A stretch of 33,619 nucleotides of DNA, from NCBI RefSeq assembly GCF_000143415.4, contig NW_003314282.1, forward strand, positions 1-33,619, given 5' to 3'. Of this stretch, positions 22,565 to 33,619 are shown piece after piece. This DNA comes from Selaginella moellendorffii (taxonomy: Eukaryota > Plantae > Lycopodiophyta). Both the position numbers and the translations under genes were made by a program. The notes under the pieces were generated by a model. The model was not told the DNA's origin and did not search any database. It saw only the letters and a list, made by a program, of their open reading frames with translations. Within the stretch, counting starts at the first letter, position 1; each line of letters opens with the position of its first letter.

Positions 22565-23211
22565 ATGAGATTAATTCACGGTTTAGCTGGAAATGGAAGC
22601 TCCGATCGCCAGGCGTTGTTTGGAAGCGCAAGATCTCCCCCAGGGTGGTTGACTGCTGGAATCTCGGATGCTGACGACGACGATCTTGAGCTCAAGGCAA
22701 GCTGCATTTCCAGTGATTCTATTCTTCATTGCAAGCGATCATTCGTGGATCCTAGCATTGATCCGATCGATAGTGATACCACGTCCGAGGTAACGAGACA
22801 GCCTGGCTCGTCTCTTTCTTCTCCTCTCATCGATAAGGATGCATCCTTGAGCAAGATTTCTGTGCAAGAGCTTCAAGAGTTTAGCAGCGACGATGGGGAT
22901 CTTCCGGCAGAAGCCTCGTCAAAGTTTAAGTCAGTGGCTCTTCCATGTCGCTCTTAACATCTGACGGGCTTTCTTTTCTTTGTTTCGTAAAGGTTTGAAG
23001 TGCTCTTGGCACAACTAAGAGAATCACCTGAGCACAGACATGAAACTAGCTGGTATGTCTTGTTTTCTTTTGTTTGCTTCGACAGGATCCTTGTTTTAGA
23101 TGCTTTACGAGTGCTCGAGAAACGTCGTCTGGGGCACATCTCACATCCACAAAGTGCGAGACTTTCCAAGTCGTCACCGCTAGTATCGACAGCATTTCTC
23201 CCGATGTACAG
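22565..23211 (+). CDS. Unidentified spliced gene or pseudogene, boundaries uncertain
   Basis: ORFs 22565 and 23000 join in frame through a 63-nt GT-AG intron (22930-22992). Further GT-AG candidates lie at 22790-22837 and 23053-23085. Product not recognised. Confidence 0.4.
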
Positions 23212-23714
23212 GTCAGATGTGTTCTATGCATTGATCCTCCGTGGCGAGCAAGATTTCTGGCTGTCTCTAATTCTGTGTGTTTTTACTGCCTCGGCACGAA
23301 GTAGCGAGTGTAAAAGGACATGGAAGAGTACGTCTTTCCTCCCTTTGAGCTTCTCTTGGCTCAAAAGATTGAGAGTACAGTTGAATCTAAACTATCTATT
23401 GTTTTCTAGCTGGTACCACGGCAAATTGCATATATGCAAAACTTGTCAAAGTCTTTAGGTAACACGAGTTGACGACAAAAGCAAGTTCTGCCACGTGGGT
23501 CAACTATTGAAACTCTCTTCGAGCCTACACAATGATATTGAAACGGTAAACGGGTCACCCTCAAGTACCCAAAGGCTCTAAGGCACATCACTTGAAGAGG
23601 AAATTCCAAACAAACCATGCATCCTTGGAATAGTCAAAACAGGCAGCTTCTTCCTGCGTCAGGACAGAGCTTTTAAGCACCCCAAGCCTTGAGCTCAACT
23701 CTCAGACTACAACA

Positions 23715-24495
23715 ATGGCTTTGCTTTCCCTGACTCGAGTGAATGACTGGTGCAAGGCTCAAGAAATTGGGGTCTCTCTGGATGTGGTAGCAGCTGCATA
23801 ACCACAGTTGGAGCTTCTTTCTGTGGTACATGCCAATTTCAAGCTGTTTGAGAGGCCTGTTTTGGACCAGGCAACTAAGAGGTAAAACATTTTACTTGTT
23901 TGATCTGGTTTGCTGATTCCTTCTTGGATTCTAGATACCATTACTGCTGCCTTCCGCTGCTAGCAAGTTCTTCTGGGACCTTTGTACCGCCACTCGACGA
24001 CAGTTGGATATGGCCATCGCTTGAATCCTGGCTATTCATTATCTGTTTATTTCAATTTACTAAAGTGACCTGTCTGATTCAATAAGAGATTGTTCGGTAA
24101 GATTTGTGGATGGACCTTCTTTGGTGAGGGACTAAAGCAAGCTTCAACAAAGTCTCAATACCTAGGCTTCACAGATGAACCATACACTCTTGACATATAC
24201 GGTGGAGACTTGACAAGAAGATATTATGATAGACCAACCAGAAGCAGCTCTCAGGCAGAAAAGTTTCTACTATTAGGCAAGTGATGCTCTTTTCTTGAAA
24301 GAAAACTAACTTTAAATATGCAGGTTTCTGAGCTGTATTACCTGGACCAGAGTTTCTTGCTAGCAACAGCCGATCATTACAAAGCATTTCTCCATCTCAT
24401 ACACAGGGCTAGCATATCAACGTTTTTTGTTCCCACTTACGACTTTGATTTAATATGGCATACTCATGAGCTTCACCCTGTTGGATTCACAAAGA
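23715..24495 (+). pseudogene. Glycine-rich domain-containing protein (GRDP1-like, DUF1399) pseudogene, 3'-truncated
   Basis: Motifs WCKAQEIGVSLDVVAAA, RYHYCCLPLLA, VPPLDDSWIW, AALRQKSFYY, YKAFLHLI and VPTYDFDLIWHTHELHP match GRDP1/DUF1399. Stop at 23799-23801 and a TAG before the next donor. Intron at 23882-23934. Homology ends next to the LINE. Confidence 0.9.
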
Positions 24496-24589
24496 TAAGA
24501 TTTACCTTCATATACAAGGATATAGAATATTCCTTGCACTCTCTCAAGCCAGAATCTAAGCCGTGACATAAGGAGAAGGCGGTGATGAG

Positions 24590-27500
24590 CTAATGCCACA
24601 ATCATTCTAGCCCATACCCATGCCATCATTACCTTCAGCCTTTCATGTTTGTCATTGAAGATCTTGCTACACTTGGCTTCCCACATGTAATTCCTCTCAA
24701 CAGGTTTAATAGCTCCAAGGTTACTGTTGCTGTGTCTGTTTATGTTGAGTTGGTCAAACCATGCTACCCTTTCTTGTGTTGAGGACCACTTCCAAGATTC
24801 TATTCTGTTTTGCATTTTAATAGTTGTTTCATCCCATACTGCCACTTCATATGTTAGGCACACTTGTCTTTAGGAGTGTTATTGTAGCAACTTGCATGTG
24901 CTTCTCCATATATCTTGCATGCTCTCACATTCAAAGTATGTGCCTTTGTGTCTCCCTTGCCCCACATTTATCACATGATTGATCTGGGAGATCTATATTT
25001 CATTTGGATGGAAGGCACTCTTGTATGATTAACCACATGAAATATCTCATCTTCCAGCTCAACATCCTTTCCACAAACCTTTTAATATGGCCATTATCAT
25101 CAATGAATCACTGTTTGACCTAATATGTCTTCTTCCCAACTTTGTTTCATAACAAAAGAATTCCTCCTTCTTTTACCCTTGCCAATTCCATTTTGTTGGA
25201 TCCCATGTTAGTTCCTGAATTTTCTGCTCTCTAAACCAATATAGCCTGGCTATAAATCCTTCCATTACTATTGGATCCATCATTGCCATTTTCTTATCCA
25301 TCCTTATTACCCAAATTGGTTCCACCATCTACATTTCTAGTCTTATGCTTTCTACGAAAATTTTGAATGGTAGCAACCCTACTAGGCCAATATCAAAAAT
25401 TACACATTTAGACTGATCTTGAATAGCCATATAAATAACCTTTCCATTCATTGTTCACCATATCAATATCGTTTCTCTAACATCCCCTATGCTTTCTTTG
25501 CAATACTTTCAGGCACCATCAAATGCCATCTCAAACTTTTTTAATTGATGTGCCAATGTTTCTAGTCTATAGAAAGCTTTTAACATGTCCTTGTTTCTAT
25601 TTGTTTCCCCCACTTTTAAGATTGAATCTTCTTTTGCAAAAGTGACATCCCAACCTTGTGTGCACACCTTGTCTATTTCTCTATCTCCTATGTCTCCTAA
25701 GCATCTCTCTTTATATTTGTAATAGGTTGTTGAGAAATATTGGTTGTCAGTCTAGCTCATAGCAATTTGCAGGTTTTCTCTGTGCCAACTTTCCTTTGAA
25801 CTGTTTCCACGACTTCTCAGAAAAACTATTTGGTCTTGTCATCTTCAAAGGGCAGTTCACAAAGAGCCACCTTTCATCCTTACCCCACTTCTACCTTGTG
25901 TGTTCTAATCTATCTGGGATAACCTTTAAAAGTTAATGGCGCAACAATAATTTCCATGGTAGATTTTTTAGCATATTCATGCGATGGAAAACTTTGAATA
26001 ACAATGCCTTAATATTACTTTTTTATGTTAAATATGTTTATCCCTTCATCTTGCTTCACTCTTGTAACTAAACTTGGCATGTCCTCAGAAACCATTGCTG
26101 CCCCCTTCCATATATACATTTTGATTAGCTTGTTCAGGTCCTTCAAAGTCCTTTTTTTCTTTTTAAATTCCATGTATACTACCAAGAACCATATTGCCCT
26201 GAGCAAAATGTTATTTGCCACCACACATCTTGTTGAAAAGGACAGTTTTTGTGAGGCCTAGAATTTTAATTGATCTCAAAGTTTGTTTACTCCTTTTGTA
26301 ATTTGTGGAAGGTCATATTTGCAACTAAGTTAAAACCCAAGTACCTTATAGGTTTGCCTTTTTTTTACCATTTGAAATCCCATTCAGTGGGTCAAAGTTT
26401 GGCAGCCATATAGCAACTAATTTCCTAGTTTATTTTAGAGCCCACTGCAAGATTGAAAAAGTCCAAACTTGTCCCGCTCCCCATGCCACTTCCGTAGCCA
26501 CTTCCAGAACCTAAACCACGTCTAGTGCTGCTCCCAATTCCACTTCCAAAGCCACTTCCAGAACCCGAACCACATCCAGTGCCACTCCCAATTCCACTTT
26601 TGAAGCCACTTCTGGAACCTAAACCATTTCCAGTGTTTGTCCTGCTCCCAGTTCCACTTCCAAGAACTGTCCTCCTTAATCTTGTTCATGTTTTCCAAGG
26701 AGCCTTTTGCTATTATTCTAATGTCATCTGCAAAGGCATTAGACTTCAACTAATGTTCTAGCCATATCTTGCAAAGAGTCATGACACTCAAGTAACGCCA
26801 TCCCTTCCAGCCCTTTTGGTCTTGCTAGATAGTGTGCTAATGCGTCGGCCACAAATAAAAACAAGAAAGGAGGCAATGGACATCCTTGTCTTATTGATTG
26901 TTCATATTGCCAATTATCCCATTTTTTGTGACTTTGCTTAATGCATTTTGGTAAAGAGTAGCTGTCCATTTTATGAATTTATCTGGAATACCAATTTTTC
27001 TCACCATATTTTGTAGAAACTCTCACTCCACTCTATCGTATGCTTTCTCATAATCCAGTAGAATTAGTGCCATCTGCAATACACAATCCTTAACCTGTTC
27101 TTGTGTTAGCAGTTTTGATGTTGTCTACCAACTATTTCCCTCCTACAACACCATTCTAAGTGTTATATATTGTCTCTGGTAGAATTAATCTTAATCTCTT
27201 TTAGCTAACGCTTTAGCTATGATTTTATAAAGCATATTAAGCATTGAAATCAGCCTCTAATTCTTGATCAAAGATCATCCCCCTCCCCCCCCCCTTTTTT
27301 GGGATGAGTGCAATAATTCTATGCTCTTGAATGTCATTTTCCCATGTGGATCACCTTATTCCTTGTGCTCAAGTTTTCTAACCTTATCCATTCCTAGTTT
27401 GTTTTATAAAATGCTAGTGGCATTCTATCTTCCCTAGGCATTTTGTCATCATTTAAATCCCTTATTGCTTCCTTTAGTTTATCAAGTGTGAACATTCTAC

Positions 27501-28835
27501 ATAGAACTTCAGTAGACAAGCTATCGACTTTTTGTGGAATAAACTAGACCACCTCATTTATCACCTTATTTTGGTTCTCAGTCCATGATTTTGCCATGAA
27601 AAGTTTTAGCCATCTTGTACATCTTTTGTTAAACTTCTGTGCACCCTTTAATCATCCTTCAGTTCAAATATGGGTGGGGATGTAACTTTGGATTTTATGG
27701 ACTTATAGAACTCTTTATTCAATAACACTAATATACTACCTCCAAGTGTTTTGATTTTATGAATGTCTCCATTTTTTCCACCTCTAAGGTGCACTCATTA
27801 TTCCTTTATATCTGTCAACTGAGTTTTCAATGTTGTATCTTGTGGTCGTTGCTTAACTAACCTCTTAATTGCCTTAATATTTTTCTTTATTGCTTGCACT
27901 TTATGAAATGTTTTCCTTTGCTTGAGCTTTTTTTCCAGACTTCATTAGCCATTTTTACCATGAACTTATGTAAATCCCCTCCCCCTTACTAGCACTAACT
28001 CTCCTTTATGTATTCATTTACCTCTGCATCTTTAAAATGTTTTTGAAGACTAGGGGTGACCTCCTTATTCCCTATTTATTTAGGATATGGAGAGTTAATA
28101 ACACCAAATAATGGTCTAAGAAATTTCTATACTCTATAGCAATGTTTAACTTTCCACTATTAAAACATAACTCAGGTGACATATAGAATCAATCCAATCT
28201 TTGTTGGATTCCCTGTTGTTGATGTCCTTGCCATGTGAACTTTGGTTAATGTTGAATAAATCTAGGAATCTTATATGCATCCTTTAATTCAAATGAAAGC
28301 ACTAATTATGACCACATTTCTTTTTCCCTTTTCATCCTTTTGTCTCTCATTTTTCCCTCTTCTTTGTCCAGCTCTTTTTCCATAAAGTTAAAATCCCCAA
28401 TGACCTTCCATGCTAATAATTTTCCAAGTAAACATGTTAGTAACACATGAAAGAACTCCACCTTTTCGAAAGAACAACTTGTTAATGCATACACATTTAA
28501 CAGTCCCACCAACATGTCCTTAAGCCTAAACTAGACACACTATGCTATGTTTGGTCTTAGGATTTTATAATCTTCACAAAGAAACTCCCATGATCCCTTT
28601 ACCACTATTAATATACTTTGACTATTGGATTCCAAAAGTATTTTCCTTTTGCAAACTTATAAACCAAATCCACACTTGAGAGTTTATGCTCTTTCACACA
28701 TAAAAAATTCAAACTTTATGACACCCTTTCAAGTTGTCTAAGATACTACCTAAATTTTGTTTTCTTGTTATTCGTGGCTAACCTTTCCTTTTATAATCCC
28801 CTAACATTCCATATTCTCACGTTGATGTTAACCAT
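24590..28835 (-). mobile_element. Degenerate L1-type LINE ORF2 (AP endonuclease, RT, C-terminal Cys/His region)
   Basis: Minus-strand motifs: IWNVRGL, VIGDFN, YKIIAKALAKR, LDYEKAYDRVE, SIRQGCPLPPFLF, FADDI, LDFFQSCSGL, YLGF and CGARETQRHILFEC. Many stops and frameshifts; no clear poly(A). Confidence 0.93.
26469..26671 (-). repeat. ~54-bp tandem repeat inserted in the LINE RT domain
   Basis: CCACTTCCAGAACCTAAACCA-like units at ~26498, ~26552 and ~26606 separate FADD..KIKE from LDFFQSCSGL. Confidence 0.85.
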
Positions 28836-28839
28836 TATG

Positions 28840-29650
28840 GTATCCTCGGGCACTACCAAGATGCTGTCTCTCCACCTAATGGTATGGTCCCATTGGTTGA
28901 AATGGCTATGCAAACAGAATTCTAACAATCCCACAAAATCTAAAAGAGTTTGGTGCCTTTTCCATGAAATAGTCTTCTTGGATTGTGAACCTCTATGGGT
29001 TCCAATTGAAATTATACACCACCAAATCTTCAAGAGTCCGCACTATATCTTACCTAGACATGATCAAAATTGCAAGTGGCATATAACCAACTATATTGTC
29101 AATCCACTCCCCCAAAAACTTCAGAGGGTTTGTACCACTAATGTATAAATCCACTTTGCATACTGCACATCTAAGTGGAGTGAACCTTAGTGGGTAGTTC
29201 CCCCTTGCAAAGTCCTTTGTCTTTGGTGATCGTGACTATGATTACCCTTGGAGTTGCCCAAGACCCCCTAAGGTGCTTGTTCCGGAAGTACTTCTAATTT
29301 ATCCTATACTAGCTTTATTGTTGGAGCAGGTCCCCATGATTTATCCAGCTTATATCCTTTTAATCTCCTTCTTATCAATCTCCATTCCTTCACTCTAGAC
29401 GATCCCAACTAACTTTTTTTCCTATTTCAGCACTATAATTGGTTCACCTTATCCCTCATCCTTGACTTTGGTCCATGGCTTCTTACTCTCTCCACTTGAA
29501 ATAGATCTTCCTTTTTCCCTCCCTATTCTAACTCCATAGTTCTTCCCCTCCAACCCATTGGATGCCTTTGGTCGATCCTCCAATAGCTTCTAAGCCTCCT
29601 CCATGATTGCTCCTTTTATTAGGCAATTCTTTCCAACGTGTCTAGTCCTT
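28840..29650 (-). mobile_element. Probable LINE ORF1 relic
   Basis: Directly upstream of ORF2. LDFVGLLEFCLHS..QWDH resembles a decayed ORF1 zinc knuckle. Otherwise poorly conserved. Confidence 0.45.
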
Positions 29651-29670
29651 TAGCAAATAATTCATACATT

Positions 29671-29815
29671 TATAGAGGGAAAGGGCCCATAAATAAAAGT
29701 GCATCCCCTTTTCCAATCAGTTAAGGGTCTTGGGATAATTGGGGTTAAGCATCCTTAGGTTTGAATAGTACTGGGTTAGGTGACCTCCCAGGAAATCCAA
29801 ATTCAAGAGCTTACA
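29671..29815 (+). repeat. 5'-truncated copy of the short LTR at 29952-30145
   Basis: Colinear with ~30001-30145 and ends in CTTACA. Confidence 0.9.
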
Positions 29816-29951
29816 TTTGGGCAAGAATTTTGGTAATGTTACAAAATTCTTTATAAATTGTGCTTTTGTAAGATTATGTTGGCTATTGGTGGAAAAGATA
29901 TTGAAGACCTTCCTGGACCATTTCTTTTTATTGTCCAAGGTGCAACTTTGT

Positions 29952-30145
29952 TGTAAGCAACCGAAGGGAACAACTCAAGAAACGATCCATAGGGTTCAAA
30001 TATAAAGAGAAAGGGCCCATGAATAAGAGTGCACCCCCTTTTTCAATCGGTTAAGGGTCTTGGGATATTTGGGGTTAAACATCTTTGGGTTTGAATAGTA
30101 CTGGGATAAGTGACCTCCCAGGAAGTCCAAACTCAGGATCTTACA
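29952..30145 (+). mobile_element. Short solo LTR (194 bp)
   Basis: TGTAAG...CTTACA termini; flanked by TTTGT/TCTGT (5-bp TSD, one transition); internal TATAAA at 30001. Confidence 0.75.
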
Positions 30146-30659
30146 TCTGTCAGAGGTAATCTTTAGGGCAAGAATAGAACAATTTCTTTAAATCTATTTC
30201 GTTGTGCTTGGCTACCTTACAGGCTCTTGGCACTGTTCAAAACCATTTTTTATGCATCGGGAGGGACTCAACTTGGATGAGCAATATCTACTTCATTTGG
30301 AACTAACAATGGAGTGTGCAATGGGTAATAGTGCAGGTGTAAATCTACCACTTTACATCGAAAGTGCGTGCTTACAGCAACACTAGTGAAGCGATGAGCT
30401 TTGGAAAAATTATACTTAGCCATACTCGGAGAAAACTAAGTGTTCTTTAGTGTACATTTCAAATTTAAATTCAATTCTTGATTTCTTCAATTTTAGGGTT
30501 CCCACATTCGGGATTAGGGTTTACACCCACCTATATTAATTGTGCCTTGGATATAGGGCAATTTCATTTTATGACATAATTTTGTCGATGGTTTGTTTGG
30601 ATTTAGGAGTAGCATAATCTAAATCCTTCTTTATTCTTCCCTTTTCTTTTGCTTAAGTT

Positions 30660-31000
30660 CAATCTCAAACAGAATGTGCACTTCCTATATGATTCTCACC
30701 TTAACTATAACTCTATCCCCCACCAGCATTCCTTCCATCCTTATGAATGTGGCGAATTGCCAAAGTATTGCCACTAATACTTTATCCTTTGCTAGCACCA
30801 TATCAATTCCTTGAAATTCAAAATTGACAATAACTAATGGCAGGAGCAACATTTTCTTCTTCTGTGGCATGAAGTTGTTGTGGTACGCTCTAAAAAACAA
30901 TTGAAACTCCAATTGTGCATATGCATCCACTCGCAAAAGTTTGTGTCGTGCTTTTTCATCTTTGATGACCACATTGTAACTTCTTCCCTAGGTCTTTCAC
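30660..31000 (-). mobile_element. Possible second LINE ORF1 (DUF4283-region) fragment
   Basis: ORF 30685-30972 has the hydrophobic pattern of plant LINE ORF1 (F..Y...F.P...P.V.V....I....L..I...F). This is resemblance only. Confidence 0.3.
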
Positions 31001-31119
31001 ATCCTTTACTACTACAATGACCATTATATCATGATATGCTAACGTTGCGCACATTGAGTTTGATATCACAAAACCAACTGGGACTGCTCCTTCAACTATG
31101 ATATGAATAGTTTCTTCTA

Positions 31120-31299
31120 NNNNNNNNNNNNNNNNNNNNNNNNNNNNNNNNNNNNNNNNNNNNNNNNNNNNNNNNNNNNNNNNNNNNNNNNNNNNNNNNN
31201 NNNNNNNNNNNNNNNNNNNNNNNNNNNNNNNNNNNNNNNNNNNNNNNNNNNNNNNNNNNNNNNNNNNNNNNNNNNNNNNNNNNNNNNNNNNNNNNNNNN
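31120..31299. other. Assembly gap (180 N)
   Basis: Run of N. Confidence 1.
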
Positions 31300-33619
31300 T
31301 TATTCAATTGGTGCTTCATATGTTTAGGCCATTGTATCTACTTCACTTAGATCTTCTGGTCTAACCTCTTTGTCCAGCCTTACATTCTTTACCTTGTCCC
31401 TTGGTCAAGTCACTTCTTCTTCCTCCATCTACTTCACTTCCTCCTCCACCAATTATTTTGCCTTTTGTTCCTTCCTTTCATTTGCTTCCTGGATTGCTCT
31501 AAAATCAGGAGGGCCTTTTTTTAGTGGACAGTTCTACTTGATTCTCCATTTGATCCTTGTTGGAGATGCTATCCCTACTTCCTTCCCCAGAGTTTCCTTT
31601 TCCTTTACCTTTGCAGTTGCTCTTTCATCCCCTGTCCTAGCAACTCCATAAGGTTTCTCCTGACTATTTTTTGAAGTGGCAATCCTTCATTATCATCTGA
31701 ATCCATCTACCCTTTATTCTCCACATTGACCAGTGACACTTTTCTTACCAGTGCTGCCTCTAGGTCAAGAACTTCCACTAGACCCAACAACTGCACTCCC
31801 CTAGCTCTTCCTCCTGCCGTGCTTATCCTTGCTATTGCCCTTGCATGTGGCATTATTCCTTTGATACTTTTCCTCCCCTCAATCTCAAGCTCTTGCTTCT
31901 CCCCCCTGTACCTTTCCTTTTCCCTATCACTTCCTCTCAACACTTTGCTATTTCGATCCCCCTCCTCTTCTTTGTGCCCTGCTTTCTCTGTCACTTTGCC
32001 CTCAATTCTCTCTACTTCTAAGATTGCCCTTGACCACTCAACCTTGCTATGCTCTTGCTCACACTCAGCATTTTTTTTCCTCTCTGCCCTCCCTTTGAGA
32101 ATGAAAACAATGACCTCCAAATTGACAAGTCCTCTTTATATAATAAAGGCTTTGATCAACATGCATTATTTCTTGATAGGATTCTTGGCTTCTCCTCAGA
32201 TATAACACTACCACACATCCATTCCTTGAATTTTGTACCAGTCTTTTCACATGCATCACCACACATCATTCCTTCTTTCTTCACCTTCTGCCTAATAGTG
32301 ACTTGTCTAGCCACATTAATACCCGTGTGAAGAGAGCTACTATTATTCCTTGAACTTTCCCAGATTTTTTAGAATGCTACCATTAATTACCTTTTTCCCC
32401 ATATTCAATACTTTCCTATCAATTAAGCACTAGCCATTGCCTTAGGATTCCCACTCCAATTATTTCTCAGTTCCTTGTCCTGCCACATGCACACTTTTCC
32501 CTTCATTGATTCCTCTCGAGTGGATTGCATCCTAGCTGTCAAGTTAAGCATTTTTTCTCCTTTGAATGTCATGATCTTACTTCGTGTTTAACACTTCTAC
32601 TCTTCAGCTCTTCTTGAACCAACGAGCTCAACCTTCCAATTCTTGTGAGGCTCCATTTCCTCAGTTACTCCTGCTTTGGATTGCGATCCTTAAACTCTTA
32701 AAAACTTTCATGGTAGACCTAAACCGATTTCAACCTTCTAGTCCAATTTTGCTGTGCTAGAGACCTTGCTAACTTGTGCTCTAGATCATTACTTTACTGC
32801 GACCAAGTCTCTTATCCCCAAAACACACACTCTTTTTATTTTGATGCACGCAACAAGAGACTTCTCCATAGCCTAGCGATCTTACTCCTCTTTGGCCTGT
32901 TCCCCAAAGGACTGAAAGGAATCTTTTTTCAAGCCAATACTAGGTAGAAAGAATGTCAATTGAAACCATTAGAGAACATGAGCTACGAGCAACAAATGCA
33001 AAATAGAAATGATTTAGAGAGATGCTTTCAGTTATTTCTTTCTGTGCTTTGCAACTTAAGGAGATGCTTCATTTCCAACTTTGATCCTTTGCTTTTGCTT
33101 GAAGATCTCTTATGAAAAGAAACCAAACAAAAGGTGTGAAACTAGCTTGGACCACACTATGAGCTTTGCCAACCAAATCTTTTGCTATAACTTTTCCGAG
33201 TTGCATAGAACCAAGATAGAATTAAACCTATTGGCAAAAGCAGTTGTGACTTTGCTCAAACCATCTGGATCTACTCCTCCTCGAAACCAAAAAACCCCAA
33301 CTCTAACTATTGCTGTTGTAAACAATCAAAATGCCTCACACCCATCCAATGCCATGCATAAGAGGAAACTCCACTCCCATAGAGCACTTGAACTCACTCC
33401 CCTTGCATTGGCACCTTCCCTCCCCACTCTGCCTTCTCTCACTATATTGTCATTTTTTTTTCTTCTAGTCTGACTTTTCTAGTTTGACTTGTCAACTAGG
33501 TTTTATTTATTTATCCTCTATAAAACCATAGAGTCCAATTTCAACATGCTCGAAACTAGAAAAGAGCAAATGGGGGGTGAGGCATAACAAGGTATACCAT
33601 AGAAGTGCCATCCATGATG

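Noticed and set aside
29671-30145. Intact TRIM formed by the two short direct repeats
   Set aside because: The first copy lacks the 5' LTR end, there is no PBS or PPT between the copies, and the second copy has its own TSD.
31092-31327. ORFs spanning the N run
   Set aside because: Artefacts of the assembly gap.
31330-33619. Pyrimidine-rich region with 90-160 aa ORFs on both strands
   Set aside because: Probably a decayed retroelement, but I could not identify a diagnostic motif. The ORFs are explained by compositional bias.

Overview
Eukaryotic (plant) nuclear DNA. The 48-65 nt introns and tight gene packing resemble compact-genome plants such as Selaginella, which is an inference. There is one clearly intact gene, an 18-exon SF3B2/SAP145 splicing factor (19717-22518, +, 545 aa by manual splicing). 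It is flanked by a germin-like pseudogene, two unidentified coding candidates and a GRDP1/DUF1399 pseudogene. The left half is a retroelement nest: a degenerate Ty1/copia (- strand, ~5400-18346) is split by a full-length Ty3/gypsy chromovirus (7388-14853, TSD CTTAT) and by a solo LTR of a related family (16430-17988). An older gypsy RT/RNase H relic, a mixed-orientation 75-bp repeat and a C>T/G>A-hypermutated, intron-containing copy of part of SF3B2 lie further left. The right part holds a degenerate L1-type LINE (-), a 194-bp solo LTR with a partial duplicate, a 180-N gap and unclassified relics. The most notable signal is in the chromovirus. Its integrase frame is interrupted by two host-sized, intron-like inserts (47 nt GT..CTAAC..CAG; 41 nt GC..AG) whose removal restores canonical motifs in frame. 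A strong splice donor also sits at the gag/pol boundary, and the 3' UTR is heavily base-paired. Together these suggest an LTR retrotransposon that needs splicing to make integrase while transmitting unspliced RNA. All alignments and counts were done by eye.
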